From positions 230,828,001-230,892,000 of the forward strand of contig NC_086097.1 in assembly GCF_963921235.1 (NCBI RefSeq): DNA of 64,000 bases, written 5' to 3'. The translations under genes and the position numbers were made by a program. The stretch comes from Mobula hypostoma. Lineage: Eukaryota. Position 1 is the stretch's first letter; each line of letters starts with the position of its first letter. This document shows, piece by piece, positions 13,591 to 25,489 of the stretch. The notes below the pieces were generated by a model. It did not search any database. It worked only from the letters and a program-made list of their open reading frames with translations, and was not told the origin of the DNA.

Positions 13591-16280
13591 ACGTCAGGCT
13601 GTCTTTTCAAGAGGGTGAATCTTTGCAAGGCGACAGAATCCAATGGAGTACCCGGTAATTCTCTGAAAACCTGTGCCAACCAACTGGCAGGGGTATTCAA
13701 ATACGTTTTCAATCTCTCACTGCTACAGTTGGAAATTCCTACCTGCTTCAAAAGTGCCCAAGAAGAGCAGTGTGAGCTGCCTCCGTGAGTATAGTGCAGT
13801 GATGAAATGCTTTGAGAGGTTGGTCATGGCTAGAGTCAAGACCTGTCTCAGGAAGGATGTGGACCCACTGCAATTTGCCTATCACCACAATAGGTCTACA
13901 GCAGATGCGACCACAGAGGCTCACCAAGCAGCCTTGGTTCACCTGGACAATACAGATACCCGTGTCAGGATGCTCATTATTGCCTATAGCTCAGCATTTA
14001 ACACCATCATTCCTGATTGAAAAGCTACAGAATCTAGGCCTCTGTACCTCCCTCTGCAACTGGATCCTCGACTTCCTAACCAGAAGACCACAATCTGTGC
14101 GGATTGGAAATGACATCTGCATCCTGCTGACAATCAGCACTGGCACACCATGTGGATGTGTGCTTAGCCCACTGCTCTATTCTCTCTACACCCATGACTG
14201 TGTGACTAGTGTCACGTACCCCGTGACGGGAATAAAGAACCAGAAGAGATGGAAAACACTTTGGAGTCTAGTAATGCTATATATTAATAATATTTATTAA
14301 TAACTATGCAATACAGTAAACTAAGTGAAGATAAATCAAACAGGTTAGCAAGAATTATATATATAAGTACTGTTTGTAAGTAAATCAGTAAATGTGGAAA
14401 AATATGTCTGAAAAACCGAGTTTCTTTAAGTCTAGGGGTAAAAAGATACAGTCTTATGATGTTGAATAAAGTTCAGTTCAGTTCAGTTCGTGGAATTTAG
14501 TTGAATAGCGATGGAGAGAGAGAGAGTTGAGTCTTCAGGTGAGCTGTTGCCGTCGATCTTCTCGACGTCCTCCAAAATCCTTCACAAGTCACCGACTGTG
14601 ACTTTAACAAGGGGGACCCGTTTTCCTGTGGTGGAGCTATCACCCTGGCAAGGGTGGGCACGTAGACAACTCCCCACCAGTCAACCCCTTCTCCTTCACT
14701 GGTAGAGCAATTGGATCGATCCGCCTGATCGATCCTCCAAAACCCACTTTCTCTGCGGGCACAACGATGCTCATTCAGTATCCCAATCATGTGTCTGAAG
14801 TCTGTATCATCTGACCTCCTATTTATCTCACCGTGCTGAGCATCACCTGTCAATCAAAAAGTCCCTCCTTCCTTTGTCTGTAAAGAAATGCAAGCAGGCA
14901 ACAAGTCCTTGAAAGTAACATCAATAATGTGCTGTCGGTCACCATAGCAACCTTCGAGCTGCTCAGTGTTATCTCCAAAGTAAAACTCCAAAGTTACCTC
15001 CCGTGACAGTCCAACCGTCAATCTTCATCTCTCTCTCTTTTCAAAACAAACCATCGATGATAAATAGCTCTTTCTCTGTCTCTCTTCAAACAGTTAATAG
15101 GGGCACTCCTGGATCCCCTCACACTAGTCATAGCTCAAATCCCAATCTGTAAATTTGCTGATGATACAATCATTGTTGGCAGAGTTTCAGATGGTGTCTA
15201 AAAGGGCATACAGGAGTGAGATACATCAGTTCCTTGAGTGATGTTACAGCAACAACCTTGCTCTCAGTGTCAGCAAGACCAAAGAGCTGATTGTGGACTT
15301 CAGGAAGGGTAAGGTGAGGAAACACAAACAAATCATCACAGAGGAATCAGAAGTGGAGAGAGTGAACAATTTTGAGACTAGAACTAGGGAACATTGCCTC
15401 AAGATTCAGGGGAGAAGATTCAGGATGGAGATGAGGAGAAACAGTTTTTCCCAGAGAGTGGTGAATCTGTGAAATTCTTTGCCCAGAGAAGCAGTTGAGG
15501 CTTCTTCATTAAATATATTTAAGATACAGTTAGATGGGTTTTTACATAGTAAGGGAATTAAGGGTTATGAGGAAAAGGCAGGTAGATGGAGCTGAGTTTA
15601 CAGACAGATCAGCCATGATCTTATTGAATGATGGGGCAAGTTCGATGGGCCGGATGGCCTACTCCTGCTCCTATTTCCTATGTTCTTATGTTCACATTCC
15701 TGGATGTCAATATCTCTGAGGACCTAACCTGGATGCAACATATTGTGCAGCTATGAAGAAGGCAAGAAGGTGGCTATATTTCAGTGGGAACTTGAGATTT
15801 GGTGTGTCAACTAAAACACTCAAAAATGTCTACAAATGTACCATGGAGAACTTTCTGACTGGCTGCATCACCGAATGGTATTGTGCTGGGGGCTGGGGCG
15901 GGGGGGTGGGTGAAGCGCAAGGCTACTGCAAAATAAGTTGCAGAAGCTTGTAAAATTAGTCTGCTCCACCATGGGTACTAGCCTCCATAGTAATCAAAAC
16001 ATCTTCAAGGAGTGAAGACAGCATCCGTCTTTAGGGATCCCCACCATTGAGGATGTGTTCTCGTCATGTTGTTACCATCAGGAGGGAGATACAGAAGCCT
16101 GAAGTCACACACTCGGTGAATGAGGAACAGCTTCTTTTCCTCTGCCATCCAATTTCTAAATGGACATTGAACCCATGAACACTACCTCAATACTTATTTA
16201 TTTCTGTTTTTTGCACTACTTTTTTAGCTTAACAATGGACATATATATACTTATTGTAATTCAGTTTTTATTCTCTGTAT
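13591..16280 (+). mobile_element. Rex/Babar-type LINE RT region with nested LTR and CR1 fragment
   Basis: [37 protein letters not shown] and KFADD. A CR1 3' piece lies at about 15375-15692. Confidence 0.85.
14210..15123 (-). mobile_element. Solo LTR, 914 bp
   Basis: TG...CA termini and 4-bp TSD CTAG at 14206-14209 and 15124-15127. It splits the YTHDC...KFADD RT region. Confidence 0.85.
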
Positions 16281-16329
16281 GTAGGGTTGGATTTTTTTGT
16301 CATCAGCAAAGTTGGAAATATTACACTTG

Positions 16330-17052
16330 GTCCTTTCATTCAGACCAGCAGTAGGACATTTTAGGAATGTTCGATGAATGGCCATCCCTACAAATGAACA
16401 AACTTCCATAACATTAAATTCAGAACTAGTTTCCTCTCTCTTTCAACCTTTAATGATTATTCTTTCTAAGACTCTTCCTTGCTTCTGTATCGTCTGTGTC
16501 CACCTCCTGAGTAAATACAGATGCACAAAAATCCATTTAAGATCTCCCCCATCTTTTTCAGCTCCACGCATAGATTACCACACTGTTCACCCAGAGGACC
16601 AATTTTGTCCCTTGCAATCCTTTTGCTCTTAATATATCTGTAGAAGCTCTTAGGATTCTCCTTACCTTGCCTGCTAGATTTCCTTCTTCAGTGTTCTCTT
16701 GCTTTTCTTATACTACTCAAGTACTTCATTTGTTCCTACCTGCTATGCACCTCTTTTTCTTAACCAGGGCCTCAATGTCACTTGAAGATCAAGGTTTTCT
16801 GAACCTGTTATCCATGCCTTTTATTTTGACAGGAACATCCAAACAGTGTACTCTCAAAATTTCACTTTTGAAGGCCTCCTACTTACCAGGTGCTCCTCTG
16901 CAGGAAGCAACCTATCCAAACCCACACTTGCCAGAACCTTTCTGATACCATTAAAATTGGCTTTTCACCAATTTAGAATTTCAACCCGAAGATGAGACTT
17001 ATCTTTTTTCCATATTTACTTTGGAACTAATGTCATTATGATCACTAGATGC
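16330..17052 (-). mobile_element. Old CR1 fragment
   Basis: Nucleotide similarity to the CR1 at about 40780-41170 (CCATTTAAGATCTCCCCCATC, GGACCAATTTTGTCCC). Confidence 0.7.
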
Positions 17053-17990
17053 AGATTGGAGGTTGTAGGCCCAATGTTTGCGAGTACAGGGCCAAGAACT
17101 GTATGTCGGAGGCCAGGAGGAAACCTGTCTTGGGTTTGGAGGCCTGTCTGTGTGTGTCAGTGGGTGGGAGGGTGGAAAAGGAGCTTGAGGAGGAGGAGCT
17201 TAGGAGGATTAATGGCGTCTAATGACGACTCCTTTGCTTGCATCTTCAGAAACAGCTCTATTTTCATCTTTAATATCTTTATTTTTCCCTTTCAGGGTTC
17301 TTTTGAAGACCCTGACATGGAGTTACATGCTGACTACGGATCTTTGCAGGAATGGGTCCCGTTCTCGGGGGTTTCATGTCTGGCTGTTATTCAGCATGCC
17401 AAGGGCATGGCCGGATAGCTCAGCTCGCCTTCAGAGGGCTGGAGACAGGCGGATCAAAGGTCGGTGTTTGGGTAGGAGATCGGTGTGTCATGGGAGATGG
17501 GAGATCTAGGCTGGGTGCCCAGAGACCTAAGATCTTTGGGCACAGAGCTTGGAAAAAGCGGCGCAATGGACTTTTAACATCATAATCCAGCGAGTTGTTT
17601 GTTATGTCTCCTCTCTCGCTGTGGTGGAGATACCTCTTTCTCCCTTATTAGGGGGAGAGAGAGCCTGTGGTATGTTGAATACTGGGTGAACAAGTAGTCT
17701 TTGGGTCTGCAGGTCTGTGTCTTTGCTGTTGCTTTGCTCACACTTGAGTGCTCAGTGGCGGGTGCCGATGCTTTTTTTTGCCGGTGGGGGGTGGGGGGAT
17801 CATTACTTGCTGCCGCTTACGTGCGGGAGGAAGGGGAGCTGTGGAGGACTTTGGGGTTCTAACATTTAACTATCATTCATTCTTTGGAGGCACTCCTCTG
17901 TTTTCATAGATGGTTGTGAAGAAAAAGCATTTCAGGATGTATATTGTATACATTTCTCTGACATTAAATGTACCTTTGAAACCTTTAATT
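17053..17990 (+). mobile_element. Non-coding retroposon(s) with ATTAAATGTACCTTTGAAACCTTT tail
   Basis: CpG-containing segment ending in a repeated CCTTTGAA-type tail. A similar 3' end occurs at 61040-61480. Confidence 0.55.
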
Positions 17991-18778
17991 TGCTATTGTT
18001 GTTTGGTTATTGTTGCTTGCTAGGCACGCTATGTCGGCTCTGGAATGTGTGGCAATGCTTGTGGGCTGCCCCCGACATATTATTATGTTGCAGCACACAC
18101 AAACTGTGTGTGTGTGTTGCTCAGATTTCCAGCATCTGCAGATTTTCTCTTGTTTGTGACATTCCTACGTTGTGTTGGTATTAATGTAAATTATGCATTT
18201 CACTCTACTTCGACATACATGTGGTAAGTAAATGAATCTCAATCTAAATCTGAACTAGAAAAGCACTGAGAAAGTTAAATGCTTATACTGTAGTTCAATG
18301 ACAAATACAAGCATTTGAAGCAGACATATTGAGAATAGTTTTAAACTGACATTTAATATTCAAGTTCATAGTTAAGCATAAATATCATTCTAACATTTTG
18401 ACCTACATTAATAAATGGTTGTAGTTAAACTATTATTAAACAGAAAGTTCCTATAATTATTATAAATCTTTAAATTCTATTTTTGTCCAAATTATGATTG
18501 TCGTGGTTTGGTTGCATATCCATAAATTGATTAACATGTTAAATCTAATTCACAGTCATTTTTTTCACAAAATGCATAGATTTCATTTGAAGTCTAGTGA
18601 AAGCAAAAATACTGAAAGCATATAATAATATACTGCAGAGAATAATTGACAACTTCTGTAATGTGTTTTGCAGTAGTTCAGCATCAATCCACTTTTGTTC
18701 AGCATGGCTTTATAGAGTTATCCTGGGAAATATTATTTATATTAAATAATTTAAGAAAACCTAGATCTGTTAATTACT

Positions 18779-18965
18779 CACATAAAAGTTGCTGGTGAAC
18801 GCAGCAGGCCAGGCAGCATCTCTAGGAAGAGGTACAGTCGACGTTTCGGGCCGAGATGTCGACTATACCTCTTCCTAGAGATGCTGCCTGGCCTGCTGCG
18901 TTCACCAGCAACTTTTATGTGTGTTGCTTGAAATTCCAGCATCTGCAGATTTCCTCGTGTTTGCG
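18779..18965. mobile_element. Penelope-derived element with inverted terminal duplication
   Basis: About 65-bp near-perfect inverted arms; 13-bp TSD TCTGTTAATTACT at 18766-18778 and 18966-18978. Confidence 0.85.
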
Positions 18966-19120
18966 TCTGTTAATTACTTCTCTTTATCTCATGCCTGAAG
19001 CAAAATTAATACAATATATCTTAACTTTATTGGTAATACTTCAAGAAAAATGTTACAGATAATTTAAACAAAAAAATTTAAGACTTTGCCATTTTTTTCA
19101 AAAAGCAGGAATTATGATTT

Positions 19121-19598
19121 AACATAGAAACATAGAAAATAGGTGCAGGAGTAGGCCATTCGGCCCTTCGAGCCTGCACCGCCATTTATTATGATCATGG
19201 CTGATCATCCAACTCAGAACCCAGCCTTCCCTCCATACCCCCTGACCCCTGTAGCCACAAGGGCCATATCTAACTTCCTTTTAAACATAGCTAATGAACT
19301 GGCCTCAACAGTTTGCTGTGGCAGAGAATTCCACAGATTCACCACTCTCTGTGTGAAGAAGCTTTTCCTAATCTCGGTCCTAAAAGGCTTCCCCTCTATC
19401 CTCAAACTGTGACCCCTCGTTCTGGACCTCCCCAACATCGGGAACAATCTTCCCGCATCTAGCCTGTCCAATCCCTTTAGGATCTTATACGTTTCAATCA
19501 GATCCCCCCTCAATCTTCTAAATTCCAACGAGTACAAGCCCAGTTCATCCAGTCTTTCTTCATATGAAAGACCTGCCATCCCATCCCATCCCATCCCA
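19121..19598 (-). mobile_element. Young CR1 3' fragment
   Basis: Nearly identical to the 3' half of the 3238-4336 copy, with (CATAGAAA)n tail. Confidence 0.95.
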
Positions 19599-21064
19599 GA
19601 TTTGCTGATAGTTTTCTGAAGATGAATACCAATTTAATGTATTAAAGTAAGTTCATAGAATCTAAACAAACACATTCCCAGGAATTGTACATAATGAATT
19701 AAACAAATTTCAATTCATTTTAATTAAGGCATGGGAAGATTGGAAAGGATAGATCTTAAAATCAATCAAGGCCATAATCAGTTACTTTCTTTTACCACTG
19801 TGCTAATCATGACATGTCAATTGATCTGAAACAATTATTCAACAGCCTAGTAAAAAATATTGCGAGGAAAACTCCAGTGGTGTAAAGCTTTGAGAACCTT
19901 AAGTGCTATTTCTCAAGTATCCCAGTGATTGAAATTATTTATACACTTTATCCCAAAGTGGCTAATTTTAAAGAAACTGATTAATTTTCAATATGAAATC
20001 ATAGCAATTATAATTTGAACAAAAAATTGATATACAATGAATAAGAAAAGATTTTTATGAATAACCTAACTCGTGGTGTTTAGTTACCATTTTTTTATTA
20101 AGAAGTTATGATGAAGCAATTCAAAGCCCTTACAGCAAGTCCCTCTCAAAGTTTAATTGCAACAAAGGAAGGAGCCATAGTTATCTCAAATAGTGCCCTC
20201 CTGCTGGTGAAGTGCATGGAACATAACCTTGATAGAACCAACATTCTGTTTCAGCAGACAGGTAAGTACAGATCTCATGACCACAATCACAATACAGGTA
20301 CTGACTCTTGATAGATTATCTTCTGCCTGAGAGACCTGAAGAATACCTTCAGCACTTGAAGCGTAACAGGTAATGATTACCGCTGGCCTGACCACTGCCT
20401 AATTGATTGTCATTTCCAACAGCCAGCCCACAAACAAGCAGCAATACTGCTCTGTTCCCTGCCTTTCCAAACCTGATAAAGGATCTCATTCCACAATGTT
20501 GACTGTTCATTTTCCCCCATAGGACCCGCTGAGTACCTCCAGCAAATTGTGCAAGTTGAACAAGAAAGTCCATGTAGGTCTGAAGGAAACTGCGAAGAAA
20601 GATCTTCTAATCAATCAGAGTCCCATTGTGTCCACATTTTCTGGACCACATCCGCTGAGTTGGCTAGCACTACTCTTTTTTTTGCCAAGCCTGAGAGGTT
20701 TATATTCTTTCCAAACCCAAAGCTGTTCAAGAAATTCTGTTTAACCAAGGTTTTCTCAAGATCAGAATGGAAAACCTCCAGAGCCTCATGGACTATAATT
20801 AGTACCCATAAAGGAGTTCTCTACCTAAAATCAGCAAGTCCAAGACATTAAGCGGCATCTATGGAAATGGTGACACAGGACAAGATAGGATAAAGTCAGC
20901 ATGGTTTCCTTAAGGGAAAATCTTGCCTGATGAACCAGTTGGAATTATTTGAGATTACAAGTAAGATGTATAAAGGGGATGCAGTGGATATTGTATATTT
21001 GGATTTTCAGAAGGCCTTTGACAAGGAGCCACACATGAGGCTGCTTACTAAGTTAAGAGCCCAA

Positions 21065-22421
21065 TGTGGCGGCCCGCACACGCGGGACTCGAACCGCCAT
21101 CGGGAACCGTGAGCAGACATGCGGTAGCGCGTTTGGAACTACCTGCTTGGGGCGGACCTTTCGGAGACAGTCTGACGTCACGTCCGCCCTGCAGGTCGTA
21201 GGGGCCCACGGGAGAGGAGTTTTAAGCACGCGATTTTGAATCAGTAAAGGCATTCTGAGTTCAGCTCTCTCTGCCTCTGTGTGTTTTTTTAGTAGCACGT
21301 TTGCGCACGACTATATTGGTGACCCCAATGTTCCAGACGGCATCTGGAGCTGGAGACTCAGTGACCAGCCATGGGTTCGAGCAACTCGCACAGCGTGGTC
21401 TCTCTGAAGCTCCCGACTTTCTGGGCCACCCAGCCCCACATTTGGTTCGAGCAGGCTGAGGCCCAGTTCAATATCAGAGACATTACAGCCAACGCCATGC
21501 AGCACGCTCGACCAGGAGATGGCAGGCTGGATCATCGACTTCCTACGCCAGCCACCAATGGAGGACAGGTACACTAAGCTTAAGGTGCTCCTGATCCGTA
21601 CCTTCGGACTCTCCCGCCGTGAACGGGCCGCGCGGCTCCTACACATGGACGGCCTGGGCGACTGCACGCCATCCAAGCTCATGAATGATATGCGGCGCTC
21701 ATGGACGGCCATAAGCCGTGCCTTTTATTTGAACAGTTGTTCCTCGAGCAAATGCCAGAGGACATTCGCCTCCTCCTCGCAAGTGAGGATTTCAGTGACC
21801 CACACAGGATCGCAGCTAAAGCAGACGTCCTTTGGCAGAGCAAGCAACGTGGAGCAGCCTCCATTGGCCTAGCCATGATCATGCGCCCCAAAGCCCAGGC
21901 CCTACAACCGAAGCTGTCGAGACCCACGAGGGAAAAAGACGAAAGTTTGGAACAATGGTGTTTCTATCACCAAAGATGGGGTTCAGGTGTGCGCCGCTGC
22001 CGTCCACCATGTGCTTTTCCGGGAAATGCCGGGGCCAGCCGTCGCTAATGGCTACGACAGCTGACCACCAAGACAGCCTCCTGTACCTCTGGGACTGACA
22101 CTTTGGGCGGCGCTTCCTGGTAGACACCGGGGCCGAAGTCAGCGTACTCCCCCCCCCGAACATGGACACTTGTAACACGGTCCCAGGCCCCAAACTCACC
22201 GCTGCAAATGGCACCAGTATTGAGGCATACGGCCCGCGAACTATCTCACTGCATTTCGGGTCCAGCCGTTTCACTTGGACTTTCACGTTGGCAGTGGTGT
22301 CACAGCCACTACTAGGGGCAGATTTCCTACGAGCCAACTGCCTCCTGGTCGACCTAAAAGGCCTGCGTTTGGTCCCTGCCGAGACGTTCCAGACTTTCCA
22401 GCTCGGAGAAGCCAAGCTACA
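21065..22421 (+). mobile_element. Gypsy LTR retrotransposon relic: 5' LTR, tRNA-Trp PBS, gag, protease
   Basis: LTR 21065-21315; PBS TGGTGACCCCAATGT at 21317-21331; gag LKLPTFW...WFEQAEAQF and WCFYHQRWG...CRPPC; protease FLVDTGAEVSV; flanks CCAA/CCAT. Confidence 0.9.
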
Positions 22422-22960
22422 CCATGGTATTATGTACAGGAAAGTTATCAGCATGGTTAGAACATTGGCTGATTGGTAGAAGGCAGTGAGTGTGATTTCT
22501 TGGCTGCCAGTGAACAGTTTTCTGCAGGGGTCGGTGTTCGGATCGCTTCTTTTTGTGTCGTATATCAATGATTTAGATGGTGGAATAGAAGGCTTTGTAG
22601 CCAAGTTTGCAGATGATATGAAGATTAGTGGAGTGGCAGGTGGTGTTGAGGATACAAGAAGGCTGCAGAAGGACTTAGACAAATGAGGAGAATAGGCAAG
22701 AAAGTGGCAAATGAAATACAATGTTGGAAAATGCATGGTCATGCACTTTGGTAGTAGAAATAAACCTGTGGACTATTTTCTAAGTGGTGAGAAAATCCAG
22801 GAATCTGAGACGCAGAGGGACTTGGGAGTCCTTGTGCAGAACACCCTGAAGGTTAACTTGTAGGTTCAGTTGGTGGTGAGGAAGGCAATGCAATGTTAGC
22901 ACTCATTTCAAGAGGTCTAGAGTATAAGAGCAGGGATGTGATGCTGAGGCCTCACCTTAA

Positions 22961-23492
22961 CAGACATCCCACCCTGCAAAAACTCATTTCAGGGAGGTAG
23001 CACCATCAATTTGCGGGAGACTCCCGGAACTTCCGGGAGGGGTGGGATGTCTGCAATAGAGTAGCTCCTTAGCAGCTGGCCAGCTAGTTTAAATAACGTT
23101 AGCTATGCTAATAAACGAATGACACCCGTTAAACTCACCTCAACATGTCTTTTACAGTCTTAATCCACCATGGGCAATAGAAAAGTCACTGTTGCAAACA
23201 GCGCAGCGAGCAACACTGTCATTATTTTTGACCCCTATTAGGCAGGGGTACACTTTAGTGTAGTCTGGGGTGACATACGTTTTATATTTTTTTGGAACAC
23301 TCTGCCATGGTGTGCTCTCTCGTGCTCTCTCTCTCTCTCTCGCGCTCTTGCTTGCTTTCTCGGGCTCTCTCTCTCGCTCGCTTGCTCTTAAAAAATTGAT
23401 TTCCGTGATATTGTATATAATTTGCGGGCATCAGGGAGCCACTATTCATATGCGGGAGACTCCCAGAACTTCCGGGAAAGGTAGGATGTCTG
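22961..23492. mobile_element. Non-autonomous TIR DNA transposon (hAT-like CAG ends, 6-bp TSD)
   Basis: TIRs CAGACATCC...GGATGTCTG and TSD CCTTAA at 22955-22960 and 23493-23498. Confidence 0.8.
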
Positions 23493-23691
23493 CCTTAAGT
23501 ATTGTGAATAATTTTGGGGTCCTTGCTTAACAAAAGATTTGGTGGCATTGAAGAGGGTTCAGAGGAGGTTCACAAGGATGATTCTGGAAATGAGAGTGTT
23601 ACCATATGAGGAACATTTGATGGCTCTGGGCCTGTACTCATTGCGCTGGAATTTAGAAGGATGAAGGGGAACTTAGTGAAACCTTTTGAAT

Positions 23692-25120
23692 ATAGAAACA
23701 TAGAAAATAGGTGCAGGAGTAGGCCATTCGGCCCTTCGAGCCTGCACCGCCATTTATTATGATCATGGCTGATCATCCAACTCAGAACCCCGCCCCAGCC
23801 TTCCCTCCATACCCCCTGACCCCTGTAGCCACAAGGGCCATACCTAACTTCCTCTTAAATATAGCCAATGAACTGGCCTCAACAGTTTCCTGTGGCAGAG
23901 AATTCCACAGATTCACCACTCTCTGTGTGAAGAAGTTTTTCCTAATCTCGGTCCTAAAAGGCTTCCCCTCTATCCTCAAACTGTGACCCCTCGTTCTGGA
24001 CTTCCCCAACATCGGGAACAATCTTCCTGTATCTAGCCTGTCCAATCCCTTTAGGATCTTATACGTTTCAATCAGATCCCCCCTCAATCTTCTAAATTCC
24101 AACGAGTACAAGCCCAATTCATCCAGTCTTTCTTCATATGAAAGTCCCGCCATCCCAGGAATCAATCTGGTGAACCTTCTTTGTACTCCCTCTATGGCAA
24201 AGATGTCTTTCCTCAGATTAGGGGACCAAAACTGCACACAATACTCCAGGTGTGGTCTCACCAAGGCCTTGTACAACTGCAGTAGTACGTCCCTGCTCCT
24301 GTACTCGAATCCTCTTGCTATAAATGCCAGCATACCATTCGCCTTTTTCACCGCCTGCTGTACCTGCATGCCCACTTTCAATGACTGGTGTATAATGACA
24401 CCCAGGTCTCATTGCACCTCCCCTTTTCCTAATCGGCCACCATTCAGATAATAATCTGTTTTCCTATTTTTGCCACCAAAGTGGATAACTTCACATTTAT
24501 CCACATTAAATTGCATCTGCCATGAATTTGCCCACTCACCCAACCTATCCAAGTCACCCTGCATCCTCTTAGCATCCTCCTCACTGCTAACACTGCCACC
24601 CAGCTTCGTGTCATCCGCAAACTTGGAGATGCTGCATTTAATTCCCTCATCCAAGTCATTAATATATATTGTAAACAACTGGGGTCCCAGCACTGAGCCT
24701 TGCGGTACCCCACTAGTCACCGCCTGCCATTCTGAAAAGGTCCCGTTTATTCCCACTCTTTGCTTCCTGTCTGCTAACCAATTCTCCACCCACACCAATA
24801 CCTTACCCCCAATACCGTGTGCTTTAAGTTTGCACACTAATCTCCTGTGTGGGACCTTGTCAAAAGCCTTTTGAAAATCCAAATATACCACATCCACTGG
24901 TTCTCCCCTATCCACTCTACTGGTTACATCCTCAAAAAATTCTATGAGATTCGTCAGACATAATTTTCCTTTCACAAATCCATGCTGACTTTGTCCGATC
25001 ATTTCACCGCTTTCCAAATGTGCTGTTATCACATCCTTGATAACTGACTCCAGCAGTTTCCCCACCACCGACATTAGGCTAACCGGTCTATAATTCCCCG
25101 GTTTCTCTCTCCCTCCTTTT
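23692..25120 (-). mobile_element. Young CR1, 5'-truncated
   Basis: ORFs 24409-25074 and 23782-24381 encode RT and the C-terminus; near-identical to the copies at 3.2 and 34.9 kb. Confidence 0.95.
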
Positions 25121-25489
25121 TTAAAATATGAAAGGTCTAGACAGAGTAAATGTGGAAAGGATGTTTCCCATGGTGGGGGAGTCTAGGACAAGAGGGCACA
25201 GCCTCAGGATAGAGGGGTGTCCATTTAATACATAGATTTGCAGGTATTTCTTTAGCCAGAGGGTGGTGAATTTGTGACCACAGGCAGTTGTGGAGGCCAG
25301 GTCATTGGGTGTATTTAAGGCAGAGCTCGATAGGTTCTTGATTGGACACGGCATCAAAGGCTATGGGGAGAAGACTGGGGAGTGGGGCTGAGAAGGGGAG
25401 AAAAGGATATGCCATGATTGAATGGTGGAGCAGACTTGATGGGACAAGTGGCCTAATTCTGCTCCTTTGTTTTATGGTCTTATGGAAAT

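Larger units (their letters stand above)
20870..25487 (+). mobile_element. Old CR1 LINE hosting Gypsy, TIR element and young CR1 insertions
   Basis: VYLDFQKAFDK (20.9 kb), KFADD (22.6 kb) and the 3' end with (TTATGGTC)n tail (25.47 kb) are colinear across the inserts. Confidence 0.85.
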
